DNA of 64,000 nt, taken from the IMG/VR virus record IMGVR_UViG_3300023174_003433, positions 1-64,000 of that record; one strand, given 5' to 3'. The position numbers and the translations under genes were made by a program. Every line of letters starts with the position of its first letter. Position 1 is the first letter of the stretch. Below the pieces are notes generated by a model. That model ran no database searches. It was given only the letters and a program-made list of their open reading frames with translations, and was not told the DNA's origin. Source of the DNA: a virus. This document shows positions 15,911-26,130 of the stretch, in pieces.

Positions 15911-17390
15911 TTTTAAGTCCTATTTTATAGATTTTGAATGGGAACTTCTCATTATTATATATCTTTGTTCTTTCCACAAAATGTTTTAATGTATAATTCA
16001 TATGTTTTTTGTATCTAAGGTCATCTGCTATGTCGTATAATGTGGCTATTTCTTTGCCATCACTTTGTCGTAAACTTCGTCCAATACTTTGCAAAGTTCG
16101 AATACTCGATTTTGTTGGCATCGCAAATATAATGTTATGCAAATTCCTAATATTAATACCAGTGCTAAAAGTCCCAAAAGAAGCCACAATAATAGCATCG
16201 TTTTCTATCTCCATAATTTTTCTAATTTCTTCACGGTCAGTAGTTTCTGTGCCGCCATAAACAAAGAATATTTTTCTATTGCCAATATTCTTGGTGTTCT
16301 TTATCATATCATACAGGACACGACCATGTTTGTCAACCATTTGAAAGAGTATAAGAGTATTTTTACCTAAGCTAACTGCAAGATTCTTAATGAATTTATT
16401 TCTTGTTTCATGTGTAATAAGATACTCAATTTCTTCTTGGTATGTTTTATCTTTTAACTTTAAACATTCTTCATCGGTATGTTTTAAAACTAAACATTTA
16501 ATTTCAAAATTTGAAAGTTGCTGTTTATCAATAAGTTCTTTTGTTGAGATTACTTTTTCTACAGAACCAAATAAACCTTCTAACACCAGTTTGTGTGTTT
16601 TGGTTCCATCTAAAGTACCTGTAAGACCAATACGGTATTTGGCATTGATACAAGATGTAAGAATAGTAGTAAGAGATTGTGCTTTGAATAGGTGTGCTTC
16701 GTCACCTATAATATAATCAAATTGTTCAAAGTATTCTTTTGGCATTTTATATAATGATTGCCAAGTAGAAATGATTAAATCTTTATCAGATTCTTTTTCT
16801 TTGCCTTGATAGATACGGTGAATATTGGTCATTTCACCATCATTATAATCACCAAAGTCGGAATATAATTGTTCGACCAATGATGTGGTAGGAACAATTA
16901 CAAGACCTTTAAGGTTTTGATATTTGTGTAACTGTTGGAAGATTAGATAGATGATAAGAGATTTGCCAGATGCCGTTGGAGAAACTAATAACGCTCGGCG
17001 TTTCTGCATGGCATGAATAAAGGCATCTAATTGGTGTTCTCGTACTTCAATAGGATCACCACGAGAATGTATATTTAATTCTTCAGCAAACTTTTTGGCA
17101 TGATATAAAGAAAACTCATCTTCAAAATCCAAATTGTTTTGAATTTCATAACTGTAGTTTCTTTCTTTACAGAATTCTTCAATGTAGTTTAATAATCCAG
17201 TGTAAATGGTATTGTTGCGTAAATCAAACAGGCGTATCTTGCCGTCCCATATACGATTTCGATATGCTGGGACAAACTGATAACCTGGAACAAAAAATGT
17301 AAAAAACTCCGATAGCTCTTTGGCTACGTGCTTTTCACATTCTATTTTTGCATAGACCTCATTTACTTTAGAGATTATTATATCATTCAT
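15903..17390 (-). CDS. uvsW: UvsW helicase
   Basis: WDGKIRLF, PTASGKS, DEAH, QSIGRSLR. Confidence 0.96.
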   Translation of the reverse strand: MNDIIISKVNEVYAKIECEKHVAKELSEFFTFFVPGYQFVPAYRNRIWDGKIRLFDLRNNTIYTGLLNYIEEFCKERNYSYEIQNNLDFEDEFSLYHAKKFAEELNIHSRGDPIEVREHQLDAFIHAMQKRRALLVSPTASGKSLIIYLIFQQLHKYQNLKGLVIVPTTSLVEQLYSDFGDYNDGEMTNIHRIYQGKEKESDKDLIISTWQSLYKMPKEYFEQFDYIIGDEAHLFKAQSLTTILTSCINAKYRIGLTGTLDGTKTHKLVLEGLFGSVEKVISTKELIDKQQLSNFEIKCLVLKHTDEECLKLKDKTYQEEIEYLITHETRNKFIKNLAVSLGKNTLILFQMVDKHGRVLYDMIKNTKNIGNRKIFFVYGGTETTDREEIRKIMEIENDAIIVASFGTFSTGINIRNLHNIIFAMPTKSSIRTLQSIGRSLRQSDGKEIATLYDIADDLRYKKHMNYTLKHFVERTKIYNNEKFPFKIYKIGLKNG

Positions 17391-18009
17391 ACATTACTGT
17401 GTTGGTGTTTCCTAATGCCCATTTAGGATCTGTTTCAACCGACCAGCGTTTTGTTGCTACTTTAAAATCTGGCATCTTCAATTCTTTTGGATTACTACTT
17501 GGTTCCAATATAATTAACCTATTATTTGGCTGAGCAGCAAACTGCCCATTATCACACATAACAAAATTATAAGATTTATGGTCCTCGACATCTTCGGAAA
17601 AGCCAGTATCAAGAGTATTAAAATCAGGATGGGCACTATCAACTGTGAAAAGATATACACCATACATCCAACCTCCATCTTTCAATTTAAACTTACACTT
17701 CATTGATTGTAACTGTGCCTTTTTAAGAACAGTAATATCATATGATAAACAATCCCACAACTGTAAACTATCTAATGGCAATGGTTCACCAACGATAGGT
17801 TTCCAACAAAATGCGTGTAATGGTAATTTGTCATACAATGCACCATATTCATTGAGATATGCCTCAATACGAAATGCTTGACCCCGTAATGATTTAATAC
17901 TTATCCACCAACATGGTTCAAGTTCTCCATGTCCTTTTTGAAAATCATAGAGAAACTCTTTACGAACAAAACATTTAACTGGTGGTAAGTTTGCTATAAT
18001 ATGTGCCAT
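17383..18009 (-). CDS. conserved hypothetical phage protein
   Basis: start MAHIIANLPP with GGAGG SD, coupled to the uvsY stop. Confidence 0.7.
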   Translation of the reverse strand: MAHIIANLPPVKCFVRKEFLYDFQKGHGELEPCWWISIKSLRGQAFRIEAYLNEYGALYDKLPLHAFCWKPIVGEPLPLDSLQLWDCLSYDITVLKKAQLQSMKCKFKLKDGGWMYGVYLFTVDSAHPDFNTLDTGFSEDVEDHKSYNFVMCDNGQFAAQPNNRLIILEPSSNPKELKMPDFKVATKRWSVETDPKWALGNTNTVMYE

Positions 18010-18443
18010 TATTGGCCTCCAATAAATTTTTCCCAAGAGATAAAATCTCGGAGTTGCCAAGTTCTTTGTTTCAATTCATTCATAATAGATTCAATGACCG
18101 ATACACATTCTTCATGGTATACTTTTTTCTCTAACATTTTAATCAAATCAGAATCGCCTTCCAGATAGGCACTAATGTCCGATTTTAATACAAATGAAAA
18201 AGGTTGCCATCCATGTTCTTCCAATTCTTCTTGGCTCATTCTGCCAGAGTAATACTCAATCTTTACCTTGCGCACACGTAGGTAATCAAAGTGTGCTTTT
18301 TTGGCCGCAATCTTGTGTTTGGTGAGAATGGAAAGATATTTGTTGTGTAATACCGGAATACGGAGAAGTTCTTTGCCAGGTTCTGTCTGGTCAATCTCTA
18401 CATCTTTTTCCCAATGTTTAAGTATTTGTTCTAAATTTTCCAT
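18009..18443 (-). CDS. uvsY: recombination mediator UvsY
   Basis: WEKD..ID, IPVLHNKY, YYSG, upstream of uvsW. Confidence 0.9.
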   Translation of the reverse strand: MENLEQILKHWEKDVEIDQTEPGKELLRIPVLHNKYLSILTKHKIAAKKAHFDYLRVRKVKIEYYSGRMSQEELEEHGWQPFSFVLKSDISAYLEGDSDLIKMLEKKVYHEECVSVIESIMNELKQRTWQLRDFISWEKFIGGQ

Positions 18444-18474
18444 AATATTTTCAATAGTTTAACATCAATTCTAC

Positions 18475-18503
18475 ATCATAACATACTTCATGTTAAATGG
18501 CAA
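18475..18503 (-). promoter_or_regulatory. sigma70 promoter TTGCCA-N17-TATGAT for uvsY
   Basis: near-consensus with extended TG. Confidence 0.65.
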
Positions 18504-18516
18504 TACTTTATGTCAC

Positions 18517-19047
18517 TTAAACTGGTATAAAATTATAGTAATCATACTGTAAGGTCACGGTGGAATACATGATATCGTCAGCAGACAATTTGGTATCAAA
18601 AACAATGTCTGCCAACATGATTGGAAATGCATTAACAAATTGAATACGTATGGTTGGATTGTTTAAGTTATTTAATACAGTTAAAGTGGCATCTGAATAT
18701 GGGCTTTCAGGTGTTTGTTTATATTGGTTTTGTAGTGCTGCCAACCTTTTTCTTTCCTCAAAACTCTCTGGAGAGGCAATGGAACGCATCCAAGAGTATA
18801 TATTCTGCCATGTTTCTAACTTCTCATCTACGGCAAAATCAACGTTTAACTGGTTATACATTATTTTATTACCAGGGGCAAATATGTCCAACATTGGAGT
18901 AAACAATGGAGCCTGTCCTAGATTAACTCCAGGTAGGTTTACTGATTGGCAGAAATACTGTACCGATCCAATTCTGTCAAATGTAAGAATATACTTTGAC
19001 GCTTGAAGATAGTTTGTATTTTCGGGGATTCTTGTAAGTGCTGTCAT
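18517..19047 (-). CDS. gp3: tail completion / tail tube terminator protein
   Basis: NYLQ...YFCQSVNLPG, VDEKLETW; follows gp23. Confidence 0.85.
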   Translation of the reverse strand: MTALTRIPENTNYLQASKYILTFDRIGSVQYFCQSVNLPGVNLGQAPLFTPMLDIFAPGNKIMYNQLNVDFAVDEKLETWQNIYSWMRSIASPESFEERKRLAALQNQYKQTPESPYSDATLTVLNNLNNPTIRIQFVNAFPIMLADIVFDTKLSADDIMYSTVTLQYDYYNFIPV

Positions 19048-19052
19048 ACGTT

Positions 19053-19060
19053 TATTTAGG
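19053..19060 (-). promoter_or_regulatory. late promoter variant CCTAAATA
   Basis: 5 nt upstream of the gp3 ATG, just after the gp23 terminator. Confidence 0.55.
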
Positions 19061-19064
19061 TGAT

Positions 19065-19094
19065 AAAAAAAGAGACCACCGAAGTGGTCTCTCT
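19065..19094 (-). terminator. rho-independent terminator after gp23
   Basis: AGAGACCAC-TTCG-GTGGTCTCT-TTTTTT. Confidence 0.9.
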
Positions 19095-19123
19095 AAATGT
19101 CCTTCTTGTCGAGGATTTTTTGA

Positions 19124-20470
19124 TTACATCAAGTTCTTAACGCCAAATAAACGATAGTATACGTTTCTACGGGCTTGTAACTTGCCATCATCTGGATATA
19201 CACCAGAAGCACCATTCGAGAATGGGTTAGCAACCATGCCGTAACGAGTCTTGAATCCAATCTTTGGTTGGAATGTATACTGGTCTACTGCACGAACCAT
19301 TTGGAGAGGAACGTATGGGCAATAGAACAAGCCAGCGTCATATGGACTTGTACCTTTGTAACCAATCGTTACCAACTCTTGGTTGCTTGTGTAGCCACCA
19401 AAATATGGGTCGATGTATACTTTGATACGGCCATGTAACAGACCAGCAAATGTATTGCCTGTGTCATCTACTTGCAAATCAGTTTGTAGAGCAGGAGTAT
19501 AAGAAAGAACACCAGCCATAGCCATTGCAGATGCTACGTCAGATGAAACAATCAATACGTTACCTTTACCTCTACGAGTTTGCTTAGCAATAACGTTAGC
19601 GTCACGCTCGATTTGGAAAATCAAACCTTTGAAACGCTCAACTGACCAACGGCCGTTAGAGTCTGTGTCAAGGTCGAAATAACCAGCGGTAGTTGTACCA
19701 TACTGAGCACCAGCAACAGCACAGGTGTAAATTGTACGGATAACTTCACGGTTGATTTCAGAGAGGATTTCTGTGGACAGAATGTTTGACAATTCTGTTT
19801 CAGCATCAAGACCATGAACTGCTTTTAAGTCTTGTGCAAGTTCCAGAGAATACTCAGCCTTCAAAGCACGTGATTGTGCTGTTACAGTAACTTTCTCAAT
19901 CGAGAATGCCATCTGTTGGAAGTTCTTTGTATAATCTGTATCTGTACCAAGAATCTCAGCGTTAGCTGTAGGCATTGCAATACCAGATGTGGTTGCGTTG
20001 CCAGTAGGATCTTGGAAAGAAGTGGAGATGTCAGCTGCACGTGTACCTTTGAAACCATAAGGATTGTTCTCAGAGAAAGAACCAGAGAATACCGTATTAG
20101 CTTCGTTGTAGAAGGCTTCTGTACCTGTTTGACTTGCGTAACGTGCACGCATTGCGAAAATCAAACCTGTAGGACCAGTCATTGGCTGAACGCCAGCAAC
20201 GTCATAAGCGATTAGATTTGGCAAAGCACGGCGTACTAATGAAATCAAAATAGGATCAAAATTGCTGATAGCAGATCCAGTAATGTTGGCAGGGGTGGAA
20301 CCACCAGTGGCGGTCTCATTCAAAGCCATACGATCTTGATTCATAGCTTGTTGTTGATTTTCCAAAACAAGAGCTGTAACAGCTTTTTTGTAAGGATCGG
20401 TAATCGATTCGAGCTCAGGATGCTCGAGTACCGGTTGCCATTTTTTTTGTAGTTCTTCTGTTAAATACAT
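19124..20470 (-). CDS. gp23: major capsid protein
   Basis: GVQPMTGPTGLIFAMR, ELAQDLKAVHGLDAE, FQPKIGFKTRYG. Confidence 0.99.
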   Translation of the reverse strand: MYLTEELQKKWQPVLEHPELESITDPYKKAVTALVLENQQQAMNQDRMALNETATGGSTPANITGSAISNFDPILISLVRRALPNLIAYDVAGVQPMTGPTGLIFAMRARYASQTGTEAFYNEANTVFSGSFSENNPYGFKGTRAADISTSFQDPTGNATTSGIAMPTANAEILGTDTDYTKNFQQMAFSIEKVTVTAQSRALKAEYSLELAQDLKAVHGLDAETELSNILSTEILSEINREVIRTIYTCAVAGAQYGTTTAGYFDLDTDSNGRWSVERFKGLIFQIERDANVIAKQTRRGKGNVLIVSSDVASAMAMAGVLSYTPALQTDLQVDDTGNTFAGLLHGRIKVYIDPYFGGYTSNQELVTIGYKGTSPYDAGLFYCPYVPLQMVRAVDQYTFQPKIGFKTRYGMVANPFSNGASGVYPDDGKLQARRNVYYRLFGVKNLM

Positions 20471-20504
20471 TTTGTTGTTCCTTTTTTTATGTATTAAAGG
20501 TTAA

Positions 20505-21767
20505 TTACTTAACCAAAGTTTGTGAAATGGTTTTTGTGTAAAGTTCCATCATGGGATCGCCAGAAGCAACTGACTTCTTTTCTTCCTCAATTTGGACTTC
20601 ATCATCTAGTGAAGAATTGTCTGCAACTTTAACATCTGACCTAAAATATGATTCCTTTAAAGTCGTAAGTTTAGAGGCAAATTCTTCCTCAGTATTAAAT
20701 TCCACACCCTCTGCGAGTGATTTTAATTTTTCTACTTGAGTTTGGGTTAAGCCTTCACACGCTGTGTAAATGGCTTCAATTTTTTTCTGTTCGTTTAACT
20801 CTTTGGTTAACTCGACACCTTTGCTAATTTGTTCATTAAGAGCAGATTCAAGTTCATCAACCTTTTCGGTCAATTCACCAATAACGTCAACCTTGTCGGC
20901 AGGAATATCGATGTAATGCTCTTCGAATAAACCTTTGAGACCAGTAATAAAATCTTCCACGATTTCAGCACGGAGGCCTTGTTCGATGGCGATTTCGTTT
21001 TCTTTCATCCACTCCTCAACCATGTAGTTGAGATAGTCATCAACTTTAGCGGCCAAATCTTCTTTGATTTCTTCTACTGCGGCTTCAAATTGTTCTGTCA
21101 AAGCAACTTCGGCTTCAGCAATAACTTCTTCAGCACGAGCAATAACGGCGGCTTCAAAAATTGTGGAAGCTTTTTGAACAAATTCTTCAGAAAGGTTCTC
21201 ACCGGATAAAAGAGCATCTAAATCTTCTTTCATTTTTTCCTTTTTCATCATTTTTTTGATAAGGGCTTTGTCTTGTGCTTCATCTTCATGGCCTTCTTCT
21301 TTTTCTTCAGAAACTACTTCATCATCAGATTCAGTTTCTTCACCATAAGATTGGAATGTGGCACCAGCATTGGCTTGCATTGTTTGTTTTGGTTTTATAC
21401 CAGGTTTACGGTCACGAATTGTTTCGTAAGAATCTTCAGAACCTTGAACATCACCGTTGTCACCGTTTTTGTCATTCTGTGGTTGTGCTGCCAATTTTTT
21501 CATTGGTTCAGAACTTACAGGAGGTGTGGCACCAGGAGGAGTTGCTGTTGGTGTACCTTTTGTATAATCTGGTAACTCATCTTTTGTAGAGTTTGGTGAA
21601 TCACCAATTTTACCAGCATCTTTCATACCGTAACCAACGGATGTGTTTAGTTTTTGTGGTTTGTCTTGACCACTTGCTTTGGAAGAAATGTTTGAATCAA
21701 ACGTTTCTTTGGCGCCTTCACCGACTAAAATTTGTTTAGCGGCTTCCGACAGATTAAATTTTGCCAT
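20505..21767 (-). CDS. gp22: prohead core scaffold protein
   Basis: LSEEF..KASTIFEAAV, VDDYLNY.VEEW; long low-complexity N-terminus. Confidence 0.92.
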   Translation of the reverse strand: MAKFNLSEAAKQILVGEGAKETFDSNISSKASGQDKPQKLNTSVGYGMKDAGKIGDSPNSTKDELPDYTKGTPTATPPGATPPVSSEPMKKLAAQPQNDKNGDNGDVQGSEDSYETIRDRKPGIKPKQTMQANAGATFQSYGEETESDDEVVSEEKEEGHEDEAQDKALIKKMMKKEKMKEDLDALLSGENLSEEFVQKASTIFEAAVIARAEEVIAEAEVALTEQFEAAVEEIKEDLAAKVDDYLNYMVEEWMKENEIAIEQGLRAEIVEDFITGLKGLFEEHYIDIPADKVDVIGELTEKVDELESALNEQISKGVELTKELNEQKKIEAIYTACEGLTQTQVEKLKSLAEGVEFNTEEEFASKLTTLKESYFRSDVKVADNSSLDDEVQIEEEKKSVASGDPMMELYTKTISQTLVK

Positions 21768-21795
21768 TTTAAAAATCTCCTTGATTTATATTGGA

Positions 21796-21803
21796 TATTT
21801 ATA
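21796..21803 (-). promoter_or_regulatory. late promoter TATAAATA
   Basis: exact consensus upstream of gp22. Confidence 0.8.
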
Positions 21804-21804
21804 T

Positions 21805-22449
21805 TTAAAGTTTTTTCATGAAGTTTTCAAAAATGTGCAGACTTACTTCTTCAATCTCTCGGCGTGAAGCCTGACGAATCGATTGAATCGCCTGAGAATG
21901 ATCCTGTTCTGTCCATACACCATTGACCAACATCCATTCTTTACCTTCCATGATACCTTGTACAAACGCACCAGGTGCAGAAGGATCTGCTACAATATCT
22001 GCCGCTGTGGCTAGATAGAAATCGGGCTGAACGACATTAACTCCATTAACGTTCTTTAATGAGCCCATACCTCTTGAAGATACACCTAATTGAGCACCAC
22101 CTTCAATAAGACTTCTGGCAATATTACCCATAGGAGTATCTAAAATTTTTGCTTTACCAATCCATGTATTACCATTTTCTCTTAATGATGTAATCATGTG
22201 TGATACACGGTCTAGATTGATACTTGGTGATTCAGGATGACCCAGTTCACCAAATGCACGATGTTTATTAATGTATTCTTCTGTATATCGAGCAACCTCT
22301 TTTTTCATGGTGTTGTATTCATACAAACGACCATTGCGATTTTTCTTTTCCGCAACTAAAAAAGGACCCTCGATATGCAAAGATTTTTTGCCATCGGCTT
22401 CTTCTATCAGATAACTGACTGTTTCTGTAATTTCTTTAATGAGTTTCAT
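21805..22449 (-). CDS. gp21: prohead protease
   Basis: NRNGRLY, GELGHP, GVSSRGMGS, DIVADPSAP. Confidence 0.97.
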   Translation of the reverse strand: MKLIKEITETVSYLIEEADGKKSLHIEGPFLVAEKKNRNGRLYEYNTMKKEVARYTEEYINKHRAFGELGHPESPSINLDRVSHMITSLRENGNTWIGKAKILDTPMGNIARSLIEGGAQLGVSSRGMGSLKNVNGVNVVQPDFYLATAADIVADPSAPGAFVQGIMEGKEWMLVNGVWTEQDHSQAIQSIRQASRREIEEVSLHIFENFMKKL

Positions 22450-22866
22450 TTATAGTCCCATTGCACTTCTGCGTCTTAAAGATATTTTTCTTTTTCTTAA
22501 CGACTGCCTTAATTTGGCTCGTCTTTTAAACTTAGACTTTCTTGATGCCATTTTACGGTTTCTACGTTCAACAGGTGACATACGAACCAACTTACCACCT
22601 CTTGTTGTATAACCTTGTACTGCTGACAACTTTTTGCGTCTTTGTACCTTCCCACCCCGAATACGGACACGAATCAACTTTGTTCGGCCCATCTTCATAA
22701 TATTACCTTCTTCTAATTCATCTAAATCTACATCAAACATTTCTAAAGCCATGTCATCTTTAACATCAGTTAAAGCGTCATCTGCTAATTCATCGAGCCT
22801 TTCATCTAATATTCTTTTGGCTTCGAGTAAATCATTAGAAAAAATGGCATCAATTAATGATCTCAT
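22450..22866 (-). CDS. basic prohead core protein (gp68-like)
   Basis: R/K-rich C-terminus ending RRRSAMGL, directly upstream of gp21. Confidence 0.7.
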   Translation of the reverse strand: MRSLIDAIFSNDLLEAKRILDERLDELADDALTDVKDDMALEMFDVDLDELEEGNIMKMGRTKLIRVRIRGGKVQRRKKLSAVQGYTTRGGKLVRMSPVERRNRKMASRKSKFKRRAKLRQSLRKRKISLRRRSAMGL

Positions 22867-23381
22867 TATGGTGCTAAAGCATACGGTCCATAGTTAAATG
22901 CTGCTGGATCGGTCAATTGGCCTTTGTCGTAATATTTGTTATTTTTATGCAATTCAATAATTATTGTATATGCTGCATTGGCAGTTGTACCCACAGTTTT
23001 AATTGTTACGTTACCTGTAGGACCAATTGCATTGTTTCCAATTGATGGAAACTGGTATTGTGGATTAGTATCAAAAACACCTACACCAGTTGCAACAATA
23101 GTGTGTGATGTTGTTGTGCCTTGCCACTTTAATTGTAGATGACCAACTTCAGCATCTACAGAAGCAAGAATTCTTGAAATAGTAAACGCAGAATTGGCTA
23201 GACCAGCAGGAGTTGTATTGCCTGTTTGATAGTAAGCGCCATTGGCATTCAATGCACCAAATAATTTTAATGGTTCAATGATGACTGTTTCATTTTCGTC
23301 AGAATCAATAATACCAATACGTTTAATAACGGTTCTAGAATTAGTATCGACTAAAGTTTGTATGCTATTTGCGATTGCCAT
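22866..23381 (-). CDS. hypothetical virion-associated protein
   Basis: 171-aa beta-rich ORF in the head cluster. Confidence 0.65.
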   Translation of the reverse strand: MAIANSIQTLVDTNSRTVIKRIGIIDSDENETVIIEPLKLFGALNANGAYYQTGNTTPAGLANSAFTISRILASVDAEVGHLQLKWQGTTTSHTIVATGVGVFDTNPQYQFPSIGNNAIGPTGNVTIKTVGTTANAAYTIIIELHKNNKYYDKGQLTDPAAFNYGPYALAP

Positions 23382-23390
23382 TTTTTTATC

Positions 23391-23606
23391 CTATTGAAAT
23401 TCTAATGGTACTGTAGAGGACCATTTCATTGCTGTATATGGTACGGTTACATATTTATCTAATTTATCCACATAGTATAATGCCACCCGTTGACCATCAG
23501 AAAACTGTCTAACAGATTTTCTTCTCATCATTAGAACGGCTGGAGGATCCATTTGAGTTTCTTTTTTCTCTTTGGCCTCAGACATTAATTGTTTAAGTGT
23601 TTTCAA
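23391..23606 (-). CDS. hypothetical head-cluster protein
   Basis: probable TTG start (M)KTLKQLMSE; DPPAVLMMRRKSVRQF. Confidence 0.6.
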   Translation of the reverse strand: MKTLKQLMSEAKEKKETQMDPPAVLMMRRKSVRQFSDGQRVALYYVDKLDKYVTVPYTAMKWSSTVPLEFQ

Positions 23607-23793
23607 CTTCTGTTTCCTGTTGTTCTTGGTCCAACTCTTGTTGTGGAGCAATTAAACTGTGTGCAATTTCTTGTTTTTTTGCTTCAATATGATCTGCCAC
23701 TCTGTCATGAATTGCCGAATACAAAGCATTACGAAACTCTACGCCGTTGTCATCTTGTGCAAAATCAATAATTTGTCTTGTTGCCTCTGTCAT
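23593..23793 (-). CDS. small acidic prohead core protein (gp67-like)
   Basis: 66 aa, acidic, directly after the portal gene. Confidence 0.65.
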   Translation of the reverse strand: MTEATRQIIDFAQDDNGVEFRNALYSAIHDRVADHIEAKKQEIAHSLIAPQQELDQEQQETEVENT

Positions 23794-23812
23794 TTTTTAA
23801 TCTCCATTCCAA

Positions 23813-23820
23813 TATTTATA
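23813..23820 (-). promoter_or_regulatory. late promoter TATAAATA
   Basis: exact consensus overlapping the gp20 stop. Confidence 0.75.
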
Positions 23821-25489
23821 ATATTCGTTTCAGTTTCACCAATGTATTGGTTTCTTCTTTAACACTTGACTTGGCGGCCGCTTGTTGGGCCAATTCTGCC
23901 TCATGCTCTTGGTCTAACGGATGTTGTGGTTGTGATGGTACTTGTGACATCATTTGTGCTTGTGCCACATCATTGGTCACACCAACTGGTAATCCAAGGC
24001 CTGCTTCTTTTTCTTCGTCCATCTCAATTTGCATCTCTTTAATATCATCATCATTTAGACGTAGAACATTTCTTTGAATCCAAGATTGAGAGAAATAACG
24101 ACCAGTATATGGATCAATTGTTGCCAACAAAGCCAATCTTTCTTTCATCAATTCAGCATCTTTGAGTTCAGTAAAGTTATTATCTTTAATAAAATCATAG
24201 TGAATGTTGGTTCTAAAATCTTCCCATTCTTGGTTTGTACAAATACCTTTTAATACACATTGTACTCGTAATGCTTGGTCAAATAAATCAGAGAAACGAT
24301 TACGTAAACGGTCTACAAATTTAGCAAACTTTAATTCGTCACGGGTAATCTCATTGGTACGACCGAGAGAAAAACCAGATGTTTCTGGATTCAAACGAGA
24401 TACAGGAACGTTTAGTGCCTTGTATAATTTCTTTTCAAAGTATTTGACATCTTCTAACTCACCTAAGTTTTGGCCACCAGGTAGTGTAGTAATCTCTGTA
24501 CCTTTTCCACCTTCACGGCGTGGTAACCAGAAATCTTCCATCATGGATAAAAATTTACGGTCATCACGGACTTCACCTGTGTTGGCATCATAGACAAGTT
24601 TGTTCTTGTATTTTACCATGATGTCACGGAGGTATTGTTCTGCCTTTAACTTAGGTAAATTACCCACGTCAATATAGAAAATACGGCGCTCAGGTGCACG
24701 TGAGATACGATAAATAACTGTTGCATCTTCAATCATACGTAACTGATTGAGTGGCTTAATGGCTTTGTGTAGGTACGATAGAACTACTGCACGGCGAGAA
24801 TCCATTAAACCGGAAACCACAGAGATAATAGAATCAGTAGTAATACGAACACCAACAGGACCAAAATTAGAAGAAGTGCCGGTATTAACTTTGTCGTTAT
24901 ACAGATAGTACTCATTAATTACCTTCATAACTTCTACGCCAGTACGCTCATCTTTTGATTTTTTCATCTCACGAATTTTACGTAGTTTGCGTGGATCAAC
25001 GTATCGTAATTCTTTAACACCTTCCATAGGTTTGGTTTGATCCACTATGATGTGGTAGAATAGGCGACCATCAACATAGTACCTACGGAAGATATCTTGT
25101 GCCATATTCTTATAATTCAAAAGCTTCATTACTGTTTCAAATTCAGTTTTAATGGCATTTTTAATTTTGTCTGGTTGTTTTAAATCGTCCAACACGATTT
25201 GAATAATCTTACCATCATCATCTTGGCAAATTGCTTCGCCAACAATATCATCAATAGCGGATTCAATCTCTGGTTGCATTGCCATTTCACGGTAACGTGA
25301 GATAAGTTCTACATCATTTTTTGCTGTGCCATCTAGGTCAACATATGTTCCATAATAAGCGGCTGAAGTAATTGTGAGAGCGCCATCATCATTTGATGGG
25401 GGCGTAAAAGACTGTTGCACGGTTTGATCTTCTTCGACCTTATTTCGTGCAATTGTAAAACCAAAAAGAGAGAATTTATTAGCTGCCAT
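23816..25489 (-). CDS. gp20: portal protein
   Basis: YRISRAPERRIFYIDVGNLPK, EDFWLPRREGGKGTEI. Confidence 0.99.
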   Translation of the reverse strand: MAANKFSLFGFTIARNKVEEDQTVQQSFTPPSNDDGALTITSAAYYGTYVDLDGTAKNDVELISRYREMAMQPEIESAIDDIVGEAICQDDDGKIIQIVLDDLKQPDKIKNAIKTEFETVMKLLNYKNMAQDIFRRYYVDGRLFYHIIVDQTKPMEGVKELRYVDPRKLRKIREMKKSKDERTGVEVMKVINEYYLYNDKVNTGTSSNFGPVGVRITTDSIISVVSGLMDSRRAVVLSYLHKAIKPLNQLRMIEDATVIYRISRAPERRIFYIDVGNLPKLKAEQYLRDIMVKYKNKLVYDANTGEVRDDRKFLSMMEDFWLPRREGGKGTEITTLPGGQNLGELEDVKYFEKKLYKALNVPVSRLNPETSGFSLGRTNEITRDELKFAKFVDRLRNRFSDLFDQALRVQCVLKGICTNQEWEDFRTNIHYDFIKDNNFTELKDAELMKERLALLATIDPYTGRYFSQSWIQRNVLRLNDDDIKEMQIEMDEEKEAGLGLPVGVTNDVAQAQMMSQVPSQPQHPLDQEHEAELAQQAAAKSSVKEETNTLVKLKRIL

Positions 25490-25520
25490 ATTGTGTTATT
25501 CCAATTCAAAAAAACATAAT

Positions 25521-25542
25521 GAGAGAGACCTTGGCCTCTCTC
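25521..25542 (-). terminator. hairpin after gp19 (probable terminator)
   Basis: GAGAGAG...CTCTCTC stem, T-rich tract a few nt downstream on the minus strand. Confidence 0.55.
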
Positions 25543-25557
25543 GTAAAATAAAATAAA

Positions 25558-26100
25558 TTAACTTGTTGTATCTGTTTCCCACCATTGATATGCGAATGTT
25601 ACTGCGTATTCTTCAATAGTGTCATTAGAACCCCAATCTAAATCAATGGGGGCCAGATCAAGAGGATACATGCCAACAAATTTATAAGTTTTCAATGTGT
25701 CGCCAGTTTTCCCATATTGTGTAACTGTTGCATCTACGGTGTAACCAGATGGACCAGATGCAGCACCAGTACGAACATTACCTGCGTGACTGTTAATGCC
25801 GTTCATCCACGATTCTAAAGCTTTACGAATTGTGAAATCTTCATCATTAATAATCTGTAATGTCCAGTCAGTAAATGTACGATTACCAGCAAATTTTAGT
25901 TCACGGCCAAAATAATACAACGGTACTTGGCCAATTGTTGAACCAGGTAATTGAGCAGTTTTAGCCATAAATGTGGTTTTCTGACCTGCTGCAACACCAT
26001 TTTCTGCAATTGTTGGAAAAATGAGAGTGACTTGAAATAGATTGGGACGTGCACCGTCACCAATCAAATTCGCTCTAAATTCTGCTACGTTGAATGCCAT
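25558..26100 (-). CDS. gp19: tail tube protein
   Basis: GARPNLF, GRELKFAGNRTF, IEEYAVTFAYQWW. Confidence 0.95.
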   Translation of the reverse strand: MAFNVAEFRANLIGDGARPNLFQVTLIFPTIAENGVAAGQKTTFMAKTAQLPGSTIGQVPLYYFGRELKFAGNRTFTDWTLQIINDEDFTIRKALESWMNGINSHAGNVRTGAASGPSGYTVDATVTQYGKTGDTLKTYKFVGMYPLDLAPIDLDWGSNDTIEEYAVTFAYQWWETDTTS

Positions 26101-26122
26101 TTGTTTTCTCCTATATCGTGGT

Positions 26123-26130
26123 TATTTATT
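26123..26130 (-). promoter_or_regulatory. late promoter variant AATAAATA
   Basis: upstream of gp19. Confidence 0.55.
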
